This document shows positions 1 through 12,600 of a stretch of 64,000 bases of DNA, piece after piece. A program made the position numbers and the translations under genes. The notes under the pieces are model-generated. The model saw only the letters and a list, made by a program, of their open reading frames with translations, was not told the DNA's origin and did no database searches. Within the stretch, counting starts at the first letter, position 1, and each line of letters opens with the position of its first letter. Origin of the DNA: Nemertoderma westbladi (lineage: Eukaryota; Animalia; Xenacoelomorpha); assembly GCA_032718475.1 (NCBI GenBank), contig JAUCBJ010005560.1, positions 1 through 64,000 of the forward strand, in the 5' to 3' direction.

Positions 1-618
1 TGAGGCATGGTTGGTGTGTCTGCAGGGTGGTGCTGGGTGGAGGCGAGGTTGGTGTGTCTGAAGGGTGGTGCTGGGTGGAGGCAAGGTTGGTGTGTCTGCA
101 GGGTGGTGCTGGGTGGAGGCAGCTGGGTGGAGGCAGCTGGGTGGAGGCAAGGTTGGTGTGTCTGCAGGGTGGTGCTGGGTGGAGGCAAGGTTGGTGTGTC
201 TGCAGGGTGGTGCTGGGTGGAGGCAAGGTTGGTGTGTCTGCAGGGTGGTTCTGGGTGGAGGCGAGGTTGGTGTGTCTGCAGGGTGGTGCTGGGTGGAGGC
301 AAGGTGGTGTGTCTGCAGGGTGGTGCTGGGTGGAGGCAAGGTTGGTGTGTCTGCAGGGTGGTGCTGGGTGGAGGCAAGGTTGGTGTGTCTGCAGGGTGGT
401 GCTGGGTGGAGGCAAGGTTGGTGTGTCTGCAGGGTGGTGCTGGGTGGAGGCGAGGTTTGTGTGTCTTCAGGGTGGTGCTGGGTGGAGGCAAGGTTGGTGT
501 GTCTGCAGGGTGGTGCTGGGTGGAGGCAAGGTTGGTGTGTCTGCAGGGTGGTGCTGGGTGGAGGCATGGTTGGTGTGTCTGCAGGGTGGTGCTGGGTTGA
601 GGCAAGGTTAGTGTGTCT
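1..618. repeat. 38-bp G-rich minisatellite (GTGTGTCTGCAGGGTGGTGCTGGGTGGAGGCAAGGTTG)n, about 16 copies, runs off the left edge
   Basis: Period 38 read directly (GGAGGCAAGG at 181 and 219). Explains the three repetitive ORFs at 7-667. Confidence 0.95.
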
Positions 619-1772
619 GTGCAATGCCAGAGGTAAAATGGAAACCAGGCTTCTATGTGGGGAGTAAAAAAGTATTGGGTAGTTATGGAGTGTACTCCCT
701 TGGGTGTAGGTGTGGCGACATCCCTGTTTTACATGTACTAGCCAAGAGAGAAGAGCCTTTGGGTTGTGCCTGGTAAAACCAACCCCTGAATCTCGGTATA
801 TCGGTAAGACATTGTGCAGTGGTCATATGACGCATATTTGCGTAATGGATGATGTCACAAAATTAGTTTGGGATCTTTTCACAAGATGGCACATGAAATT
901 TTAACAAATCACCTACCATTTCCTATACATCACTGTTTGAATCAACGGCGGATATATTCGTCATGACACAATATATTGTCTACCATTTGACGCACCGGTG
1001 CGTCAAAGACAGTCAAAGTGTTAAATGAAATATTTTGACCATTCACTACTGGCCCAGGGACCACGTACCGTACCAGAAGTCGTCAAATCGTATTTGTGAT
1101 ATTGCTTTGTTTGCAAGTCTGCCCGCCATTCTACCCTAACACATTCCTACTAAAGATATTTTACCAACTGCTCCACATCCAAAGAAAGGTCGGCCTTCTA
1201 AGTCAGCTGATATTTCATATATCGGATTCACGGCCCCAACCAATAATGATCTGCAGCTGCAGTTACTGTTGGGTTTAAGCAATCACGTCAATTTCTCCTC
1301 ACGTTATGACTTATGAAGTAATATCAACGGGCGAACGGGGTCAGCATTTCAAGTAAAACTACTGTAAGACATATACGGTACGGTACTATGAAAATAAATA
1401 GAGAACGCCTTGATGTTTAATTGACGTTCATTGAAATTTAAATGACGCTTTGTGTTTCCCTTATGTCTGGTAATAAGCCGAAAACAACGGCTTGGTGTAA
1501 TGAAATTACAGAATAACAAATTCAATTCAACTGACAACTGCTTTATTTCACAAGCACATTAATAAATTACGTATATTGGCTTATATACTAATTACATATA
1601 GATTTACATTATAAATAATAAATGTATAATAATTTTTTAGAGAGAATCAAGTCCGGAGAGGACATTTATTATTATATTGGTAAAAATTTTATATTATTTA
1701 AGAAAAATAAAATAAAATGGCATGTAAATGTAAATAAATTAAAATGGAGAACAGAAAAGTTTATATCTGAAA

Positions 1773-1858
1773 GGATTAGTTATTCTAGGAGAGGATTAGT
1801 TATTCTAGGAGAGGATTAGTTATTCTAGGAGAGGATTAGTTGTTCTAGGAGATGATTA
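1773..1858. repeat. 20-bp tandem repeat (GGATTAGTTATTCTAGGAGA) x about 4
   Basis: Direct repeats visible just downstream of the MGST3 stop codon. Confidence 0.85.
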
Positions 1859-1967
1859 ACGTATAATAATTAATACTGTAATATGGCGTAGCAATGGATT
1901 ACCATTCAGACTTCAGTATCTAAGAGATTACAGTACCGGTATAATCATAAAAGTCACAGATAATAAT

Positions 1968-2402
1968 TCAGTTCCACCAATCGAGCAGTTTACCTGCAGT
2001 AGCAAATGACAAACACGTTAGCGGAACTATAGCGCCGACATACCCCAAAATGAAACCAGGAGATCTCCATTTCGCACCTCCCAAATAATATCCCAAGGAA
2101 TAAAAGACCCTGGCGACGAGAAAAACCAGGCCAAAAGAGGCGGCATATACCGGATATCCAAGTCCACCAAACGCGAGGCTGGGTAAGAAAAATGGAAGTT
2201 GTTCCAATGTGTTTTGATGAGCTCTTTGGGTGCAATTAAACTCCTCGCTTTCATCCGACCACATTATCGGGACTGGAACGTTGTACTTTTTCCGGGCTCT
2301 ACCGATCATTATCGTTTGGAATAAGTTAATGAAAAATGTCATCGTCGCAACCAAAATAACCCATCCGTATTCCTTTGGAATTTGAATTGTGACGTTATCC
2401 AT
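1968..2402 (-). CDS. MGST3: Microsomal glutathione S-transferase 3 (MAPEG family), 144 aa, intronless CDS
   Basis: Motifs EYGWVILV, RARKKYNV, FNCTQRAHQNTLE and ARVFYSLGYY match MGST3. Full length with four hydrophobic segments, ATG to stop. Confidence 0.93.
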   Translation of the reverse strand: MDNVTIQIPKEYGWVILVATMTFFINLFQTIMIGRARKKYNVPVPIMWSDESEEFNCTQRAHQNTLEQLPFFLPSLAFGGLGYPVYAASFGLVFLVARVFYSLGYYLGGAKWRSPGFILGYVGAIVPLTCLSFATAGKLLDWWN

Positions 2403-3419
2403 TAATTAATATGGTTTAATTACAGCTTTAAAATGACCTAATTTGACTTCTAAAACACTGATTTCACCTGTAGGCTATGTAATTATAAGTGGTTATTATT
2501 ACTTATTGTTACTGTATTTGACATTTAGGCTTAGAATCATTAAGATAGGGGCCTAATTATATTACTGAAATGTTACAACATCTACACGAAATACAGTCCT
2601 GTTGTTCGAGCCAAGATCATATAAATTTTTACCTCTGCGACTGCGGTAGTGCTAGCAGTGACAGGGGCAGCATGTAATGTACTCATGTGGGCAGGCCTTC
2701 CTGATTTGATTATTACTGACTTACAATTATACCGTGTAGGCCTACTTTACTGTTATATTCCAGTAATAATCATATCATATTAACTATCCCAAAATACATC
2801 TTACATCGAATTAATTGAATTTAACTTTGATTTTAGCTTAATTTAACTTACTTTGTTTTTATTACTCGGTAATTGCATATTTACTGTACATACACTAAGT
2901 GACCACCAACAAGACGTATTATTGTATACTACAGGCAGAAGATAGATATATTTACTGTACCATATTCAGGGCTTTTCGTTTGCTGCTTACTTGCTGTATG
3001 TTTTACTTTCAGTTTCTAATGAGACAAGCTGAAACTGGGAACCCCACTACTAGGCCAAAACTGCAACTGGAAATTATTTCTAGTAGGCCTACCATGGCCT
3101 ACGGCCTACAGTACTATACCAAAACACACTATTTTGAATTTGTAAATCAGTCAATGGACGCCGGGCTTCTAATCATGAGGCCCTTGTTCGATCCCAAGAT
3201 AGGGCAGCACTGTTTGGCCACAGTGCTTTTAATGCTGCAGCCTAGACCAACCCTGCTTTTCATCTTAGACTGGTCCTGGTCGATAAATGGGACCTAAGGC
3301 AACTTGAGTGGAAGGTTTTACTGTTGAAGATCACCCATGGTGGTGATGGTGAACAGGCATTCCTTGGCTTATTGAGCTTAAAGATTCTCCCATTCAATAA
3401 TAATTGTTTTATATTACAG

Positions 3420-3602
3420 ATGAGAGATGTTGCGTTCCATACACTTAGCGCAGCCGAGCTATCTAGCGAACTATCCTTTGATGGATCACAGGATCAGAGC
3501 GAACTATTAAAGACGAAACTCAGCCAAAAGGATGACTTCATAAAGAAACTCCAGGAAGAATTAATTGAGTCGCAAAATCAGATTAAAATTACCTTGCAAA
3601 AG
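3420..3602 (+). CDS. Host coiled-coil gene exon 1 in window (183 nt; MRDVAFH...KITLQK)
   Basis: ttacag|ATG ... AAG|gtaaat; phase 0. Confidence 0.8.
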
Positions 3603-6600
3603 GTAAATTAGTTACATTAGACTATTCCACCGATATACTAGTTCTTAGTAATGATAATTGATTGCTATTTAATTTTAGAAATTAGACGAATTAAAAATTT
3701 TTGTGGTTTTTAATTAAATTATGCTAGAAGTTTGTTTGTATAAAAGATCAATAGGCATATTATGCTATCAGTATTCCAATTATTATATTCATATACTGTA
3801 TATTATTATATTTATAATTTTCATTCGACGTGCAATATCGTACTCGTTAATTTATTAAATATTTCACACAAATTACATTAGTATTCCTTAGTAGTGCTCC
3901 TATTATTGATTGTAAAGTACTTTACAATAATTGTTACTTATTACCAAAACCCAGCACCACAATGCAGACACGACCAATGAGTCTTACCTGTCACTGCTAT
4001 TGTGAAAAACTGATATTGTTCAATGGCAGTCGGGTTGTGATAGGTAACGCGATGGGTAGCCATTACTTCTGAAAACTCTTCTAAATGCCCTCGGTCGTGA
4101 TAAACCGATGAATCGGGGATTTACATTGGTGATAGCGGCCTGTGGAGGTGTTGCGTTGGAGGGTGGCCGGTATGTAATGTACTTTACACACAAGGTGGTT
4201 TATACTTTATTTGTTTATATCTACCCAAGGGCCACGAAAAGGAGGCTGAACTCAACCAATATCTAACGAGGTTGTCTACCGGACAATCTACAGACTCCTC
4301 GGGAATTACCAGTAAAGATATGACGATTCTCAACCTTAAAACAGAGTTGAGAAAATCCGAGGAGATCAGACAAACTGCGGAAAGGAAAGTGAGTTTATTT
4401 TACAGACTATTCGTTGTGTTAAGGTTGTGTGTTTGTTTATTTGTTTGTTTATTTGTTGGTTTTCTTTGTTTCGTTTATTTATCATTGTATTGGCAATGGT
4501 ACTCTCCTTCACTTCACTTAGGGATATAATACGATACTACGGAAAAAGTATAAAAACAAAGGTTTACCAAATTAATTAAAAAATATTAATAATATTTTTG
4601 TTTTAACAAAAAGTAATTTTTTGTATTATATCGAAAAACGTCAGACCTAGCTTTATTTGCTATATTATCTTTATTCGCTTTTTTTTACAATATTTTTTTC
4701 AGTCCCGTGAACGTTCTTTGGAAGTAGAACGTATCTATGGTGAACTCAGTCAATCGAATACGACCTTAGCAACAGCCGACTCAGAACGTCAGCGGTTGCT
4801 GCTTAGCGTGGAACAATCGGAACAAAGAAACAGGGAACGAAGTTCCGAGGTTAGTATAAAATAAATGGAATGGACAGGGAACGAAGTTCCGAGGTTAGTA
4901 TAAAATAAATGGAACGGGACGGGAGGTTATATTAAACAAAAGTTCCATCTGGGTCCATCCTACAAAATATAATATAATTAAAATAAAATAATATAACATA
5001 ATAATGACTGCATAATAAGGTGATTGCACTAAAAGGTAACTTAAATCTTCGAGTTTCATTATAAATCGAGTAGAATAAGTAATATTTAATTTGAATATAG
5101 AATCGGATTAATTCCTTCCCTCCAGTACAGTTTAACCTACGTAGGGGTGGGTTCTTTGCATAATATTTAATATACTCAGTATTTGTTACGCAATTGACTG
5201 ATTTAAGTAAATATAATTATACTTATTGGATAGCAACTGCTTCTTGTTTGTTCCCGTTAACGGAACCATTAAACATCCCGTCCACTGAATCAGGTTCTCC
5301 GCTACTCTTCCCCCGTCCGTCCGACTGTCCGGAACCATTCTCCCGTCCGTCCGACTGTCCGAAACGCTTCTCCCGCCCGTCCGACTGTCCGGAACCCTTC
5401 TCCCGTCCGTCCGACTGCCCGGAACCCTTCTCCCGTCCGTCCGACTGTCCGGAACCATCCTCCGACTCATCCACCCACAGCCGACTGATGTGTTCCGAGG
5501 TGGCGACTCTCTCAACAGCGCCACACGATATCGCCGTTATCTCCTCGTGTAGGGCAGCTACCGAGCGAGTCGCGTCCAACACGACCCACTCGGAGTCCCG
5601 GAGCTGCTCGTAAACCCGAGCGACCTCGCGTTGCAACTCCGACGTTTCGTATCGTTCCTTACCGAAGTCGGCGCGACTCGCTGCCTCTACCGGGTCTATC
5701 CGCAGGTAGAAGAGAAGGTCGGGTCTAGGTAACCCCCGGTCTGGAGCCTTGCACCACTCAAGATCCATCGTTATATTACGTTTAGCCGCGGTGTAAACAA
5801 CCCCGGAATACGCGTAACGATCGACCACCAATGTTATCCCCGCGGACAGTTTCCTCCGCATTTCGGCGTCCAACTCCCAGCGATTAGCCGAAAACATTAA
5901 ATGAATAGCGTGGTCGTCTATATCTGCATTTTGCTTGAGATAGTTACTTATGGTTTTCCCGATGGGAGTTTGACGAGCTGGGAAGTATAGTTTCTCCGTG
6001 GGATATCCGCGCTCTTTAAGTGCCTCCACCAGGATGTTGCTCTGGGTTGTCTTGCCGCTACGGTCGCAGCCCTCAAATACGATGAGCGCGCCGCGTCCCA
6101 TCGGGTTGTGGTGACGACGGAGGAATTTACGGAGGAATGCTGGACGGAATAGCGAACTGCTGTAGGAAGCAATGCTGAAAGTTTAGGGGTGCTAAATAAA
6201 ATTACTCGTCGGAAACTAGGCTGGGCCTGGGCCTATCCAGCTATCAGCCTATACAACAAAGCTATAACTCAGTAACTTAACTATCATTAAATACAATTTT
6301 GGTTGTACTACAAATGTAAATGTGCGTCTACAGGTCTAATGTACATAATTACCAGTACAGTACAACCTGTTTGGCTTCTGAATTCTGCTACATAATACCA
6401 TTCATTGTATTGTTCAGGACTATTGAAGGACTTCAGTAGTCCTTGCCTGAAACGTAAGAAATAGAAAGCCATGATTGTAATTATAACTTTATAACTTTTT
6501 GATAACCAATAATAAATGATAGTAATGTTTGATAGCCCATAACATAAATGTAATCGTTGGTGAACAAACAATAATAATACTATTCAATTAAAATATTACA

Positions 6601-9600
6601 TATTACATAGGGTATGCAAAAAGGCTTGCCTTTCGTTTTCAGGGCTATAATTTTCACCAATGTTTTTGCTGTGGAGCTGTATAATAATACTACACTGCCG
6701 TCTTAAGGCAGATAATGCCCTATCTCAAAATTTTTGAAATAATTTTTATTGTACACAGCGGCCTAATTTAAGGCACGCTTTCAAATGAAACCAAGAAATA
6801 CCATGGTTTATATGCAAGAAAGTCATATTTTGCGAGTTTAAAACACCCTATGCTTTGCTTGATCCTCAGCCCTGTCATTTAAAGGCAAAACACCCTACAT
6901 CTAAAATATGGTACATTGGGTATTTTGCCTTAGCAACACTTTTATTTAGTTTACCTTACATTTAAAGGCAGGGTGTTTTTCCTTAGAAAAGCTTATAATA
7001 TAATAGTGTTATTTCCTATTACTTATGCGTAGATATTGGCGGGAATTTCAGTTTGTTCGCATTTACATGTGGGTAAAATACCATAGGAAAGATTTTGTAC
7101 TTTATATTGTCTCTATAGAATCTCAATTCAGTCGATTAGGAATATACAAAGCCAATGGAACAGGAAGACACGTTTTACGGCTTCAACTTGGATGAGGATA
7201 TCGGTGTTGGTATTTTAGCTCAGGTGATGGCGGACTGTGGGAAGGATATGTGGCAGTGTGGGGAGGATATGTGGCTGTGTGGGGAGGATATGTGGCTGTG
7301 TGGGAGGATATGTAGCTGTGTGGAGAGGATATGTGGCTATGTGGGGAAGATATGTGACTGTGTGGGGAGGATATGTGGATGTGTGGGGAGGATATGTGGC
7401 TGTCTGAGACAGGGGGGGGGGGGGGGGAACTCGACGCAAAACCCGCCTTGGCGTTTGGCGAATTAATATCCCGCCTCAATGTTAAATTCTTAACTTAGGT
7501 AAAGGAGCAGATTACAGTGGCACGTTATTTTAACCAAAACAATAAACTAAATACAATAGAACAGGTTACAGTTTTATTTTTGAGAGTAATCAGCTGTTAT
7601 TTGCGTCGAATTTCCCCTGGGGATTAATTTTATTGCGTCCAGTCCCCCCCCCCCCCCCCCCCTATCTGGGCTGTCTAGGGAGGATGTGTGGCTGTGGGGA
7701 GGCGGGGGGATATGTGGCTGTTGGGAGGATATGTGACTGTGTGGATGATATGTGGCTGTGTAGGGAGGATATGTGGCTGTGTGGGGAGGATATGTGGCTG
7801 TGTGGGGAGGATATGTGGCTGTGTGGGAAGGATATGTTGTTGTGTGGGGAGGATATGTGGCTGTGTGGGGAGGATATGTGGCTGTCTAGGGAGGATATGT
7901 GGCTGTGCGGAAGCGGGAGGATATGCGGCTGTGTGGGGAGGATATGTGACTGTGTAGGGAGGATCTGTGGCTGTGTGGGGAGGATATGTGGCAGTGTGGG
8001 GATGATATGTGGCTGTGTGGGGAGGATATGTGGCTGTGTGGGGAGGATATGTGGCTGTGGGAAGGATATGTAACTTTGGGGAGGCTATGTGCTTGTGGGG
8101 AGGATATGTTGCTGTGGGGAGAATAAATAATTTGCATTATTTATCAAAACCCAACCCTTAACCTCAAAATTCCAAGTATAATTTCCACCCTGCAGTATTA
8201 TTATTTGAAGATATTAAACTATTTGATACCAAATCTTGATTGACAAACACCCTATTTGTTGCCAACATTTTCGAGGCAAAACACCCTATAAAATCTTTTC
8301 AGCATTTTTTAAGCTCCCAAGTTACAAAAGTTGTGTATCTCGCATTTGAAATTCTAAGTTAGTATATTTGGGTGACTTGCAGTTCAAATTCTGGTATCCA
8401 GGTACCTGTATAATATTCTTGTAGAAGAAAACGCGTTTCGTTAAATTACTCAAAACACGATTTTTGGAAATAGGGTATTTTGCCTCAAGACGGCAGTACA
8501 GCGCTCTACATACATATTTACTTTTCTATTCTTTCATTCTTTAGCTGCCTTACTGTATATTTGTTAATTATTGCTAAATTCTTCGTGTCGATTTCAACAA
8601 CGATTATTTTTTATCTTAGGTGGCTAACTTGGAGGTGTTATTAGACAAACTTAAAGGAGAAAACTCGAATTTGAAGGAACGGAATCGGCAACTTAAATAT
8701 GAGAACCAACGAAGTGAACGCCAAGTACGAAGTTTAGAATCAGATCTAGAAGCTAATAAAGTTCAATGCAAACAAACAACCGATGAGGTTAGCGTCCAAA
8801 ACAGTGAAATAAAGTTCAATGCAAACAAACAACCGATGAGGTTAGAGTCCAAAACAGTGAAATAAAGTTCAATGCAAACAAACAACCGATGAGGTTAGAG
8901 TCCAAAACAGTGAAATAAAGTACAATGTAAACAAACAACTGATGAGGTTAGAGTCCAAAACAGTGAAATAAAGTTCAATGCAAACAAACAACTGATGAGG
9001 TTAGAGTCCAAAACAGTGAAATAAAGTTCAATGCAAACAAACAACTGATGAGGTTAGAGTCCAAAACAGTGAAATAAAGTTCAATGCAAACAAACAACTG
9101 ATGAGGTTAGAGTCCAAAACAGTGAAATAAAGTTCAATGCAAACAAACAACCGATGAGGTTAGAGTCCAAAACAGTGAAATAAAGTTAAATGTAAACAAA
9201 CAACCGATGAGGTTAGAGTCCAAAACAGTGAAATAAAGTTCAATGGAAACAAACAACCGATGAGGTTAGAGTCCAAAACAGTGAAATAAAGTTCAATGCA
9301 AACAAACAACCGATGAGGTTAGAGTCCAAAACAGTGAAATAAAGTACAATGTAAACAAACAACTGATGAGGTTAGAGTCCAAAACAGTGAAATAAAGTTC
9401 AATGCAAACAAACAACTGATGAGGTTAGAGTCCAAAACAGTGAAATAAAGTTCAATGCAAACAAACAACTGATGAGGTTAGAGTCCAAAACAGTGAAATA
9501 AAGTTCAATGCAAACAAACAACTGATGAGGTTAGAGTCCAAAACAGTGAAATAAAGTTCAATGCAAACAAACAACTGATGAGGTTAGAGTCCAAAACAGT

Positions 9601-12600
9601 GAAATAAAGTTCAATGCAAACAAACAACCGATGAGGTTAGAGTCCAAAACAGTGAAATAAAGTTAAATGTAAACAAACAACCGATGAGGTTAGAGTCCAA
9701 AACAGTGAAATAAAGTTCAATGGAAACAAACAACCGATGAGGTTAGAGTCCAAAACAGTGAAATAAAGTTCAATGCAAACAAACAACCGATGAGGTTAGA
9801 GTCCAAAACAGTGAAATAAAGTACAATGTAAACAAACAACTGATGAGGTTAGAGTCCAAAACAGTGAAATAAAGTTCAATGCAAACAAACAACTGATGAG
9901 GTTAGAGTCCAAAACAGTGAAATAAAGTTCAATGCAAACAAACAACTGATGAGGTTAGAGTCCAAAACAGTGAAATAAAGTTCAATGCAAACAAACAACT
10001 GATGAGGTTAGAGTCCAAAACAGTGAAATAAAGTTCAATGCAAACAAACAACCGATGAGGTTAGAGTCCAAAACAGTGAAATAAAGTTAAATGTAAACAA
10101 ACAACCGATGAGGTTAGAGTCCAAAACAGTGAAATAAAGTTCAATGGAAACAAACAACCGATGAGGTTAGAGTCCAAAACAGTGAAATAAAGTTCAATGC
10201 AAACAAACAACCGATGAGGTTAGAGTCCAAAACAGTGAAATAAAGTTCAATGCAAACAAACAACCGATGAGGTTAGAGTCCAAAACAGTGAAATAAAGTA
10301 CAATGTAAACAAACAACTGATGAGGTTAGAGTCCAAAACAGTGAAATAAAGTTCAATGCAAACAAACAACTGATGAGGTTAGAGTCCAAAACAGTGAAAT
10401 AAAGTTCAATGCAAACAAACAACTGATGAGGTTAGAGTCCAAAACAGTGAAATAAAGTTCAATGCAAACAAACAACTGATGAGGTTAGAGTCCAAAACAG
10501 TGAAATAAAGTTCAATGCAAACAAACAACCGATGAGGTTAGAGTCCAAAACAGTGAAATAAAGTTCAATGTAAACAAACAACCGATGAGGTTAGAGTCCA
10601 AAACAGTGAAATAAAGTTCAATGGAAACAAACAACCGATGAGGTTAGAGTCCAAAACAGTGAAATAAAGTTCAATGCAAACAAACAACCGATGAGGTTAG
10701 AGTCCAAAACAGTGAAATAAAGTACAATGTAAACAAACAACCGATGAGGTTAGAGTCCAAAACAGTGAAATAAAGTTCAATGTAAACAAACAACCGATGA
10801 GGTTAGAGTCCAAAACAGTGAAATAAAGTTCAATGCAAACAAACAACTGATGAGGTTAGAGTCCAAAACAGTGAAATAAAGTTCAATGCAAACAAACAAC
10901 TGATGAGGTTAGAGTCCAAAACAGTGAAATAAAGTTCAATGCAAACAAACAACCGATGAGGTTAGAGTCCAAAACAGTGAAATAAAGTTCAATGTAAACA
11001 AACAACTGATGAGGTTAGAGTCCAAAACAGTGAAATAAAGTTCAATGGAAACAAACAACCGATGAGGTTAGAGTCCAAAACAGTGAAATAAAGTTCAATG
11101 GAAACAAACAACCGATGAGGTTAGAGTCCAAAACAGTGAAATAAAGTTCAATGCAAACAAACAACCGATGAGGTTAGAGTCCAAAACAGTGAAATAAAGT
11201 ACAATGTAAACAAACAACTGATGAGGTTAGAGTCCAAAACAGTGAAATAAAGTTCAATGCAAACAAACAACTGATGAGGTTAGAGTCCAAAACAGTGAAA
11301 TAAAGTTCAATGCAAACAAACAACTGATGAGGTTAGAGTCCAAAACAGTGAAATAAAGTTCAATGCAAACAAACAACTGATGAGGTTAGAGTCCAAAACA
11401 GTGAAATAAAGTTCAATGCAAACAAACAACTGATGAGGTTAGAGTCCAAAACAGTGAAATAAAGTTCAATGCAAACAAACAACCGATGAGGTTAGAGTCC
11501 AAAACAGTGAAATAAAGTTAAATGTAAACAAACAACCGATGAGGTTAGAGTCCAAAACAGTGAAATAAAGTTCAATGGAAACAAACAACCGATGAGGTTA
11601 GAGTCCAAAACAGTGAAATAAAGTTCAATGCAAACAAACAACCGATGAGGTTAGAGTCCAAAACAGTGAAATAAAGTACAATGTAAACAAACAACCGATG
11701 AGGTTAGAGTCCAAAACAGTGAAATAAAGTTAAATGTAAACAAACAACCGATGAGGTTAGAGTCCAAAACAGTGAAATAAAGTTCAATGGAAACAAACAA
11801 CCGATGAGGTTAGAGTCCAAAACAGTGAAATAAAGTACAATGTAAACAAACAACCGATGAGGTTAGAGTCCAAAACAGTGAAATAAAGTTAAATGTAAAC
11901 AAACAACTGATGAGGTTAGAGTCCAAAACAGTGAAATAAAGTTCAATGCAAACAAACAACTGATGAGGTTAGAGTCCAAAACAGTGAAATAAAGTTCAAT
12001 GCAAACAAACAACCGATGAGGTTAGAGTCCAAAACAGTGAAATAAAGTTCAATGCAAACAAACAACCGATGAGGTTAGAGTCCAAAACAGTGAAATAAAG
12101 TACAATGTAAACAAACAACTGATGAGGTTAGAGTCCAAAACAGTGAAATAAAGTTCAATGCAAACAAACAACTGATGAGGTTAGAGTCCAAAACAGTGAA
12201 ATAAAGTTCAATGCAAACAAACAACTGATGAGGTTAGAGTCCAAAACAGTGAAATAAAGTTCAATGCAAACAAACAACTGATGAGGTTAGAGTCCAAAAC
12301 AGTGAAATAAAGTTCAATGCAAACAAACAACCGATGAGGTTAGAGTCCAAAACAGTGAAATAAAGTACAATGTAAACAAACAACTGATGAGGTTAGAGTC
12401 CAAAACAGTGAAATAAAGTTCAATGCAAACAAACAACTGATGAGGTTAGAGTCCAAAACAGTGAAATAAAGTTCAATGCAAACAAACAACTGATGAGGTT
12501 AGAGTCCAAAACAGTGAAATAAAGTTCAATGCAAACAAACAACTGATGAGGTTAGAGTCCAAAACAGTGAAATAAAGTTCAATGCAAACAAACAACCGAT

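Noticed and set aside
7-667. Three overlapping ~200-aa ORFs
   Set aside because: Products of the 38-bp repeat, open in all three frames.
7155-8137. Cys/Gly-rich and His/Pro-rich ORFs resembling metallothionein or keratin-associated proteins
   Set aside because: Translations of the 21-bp minisatellite inside a TIR element.
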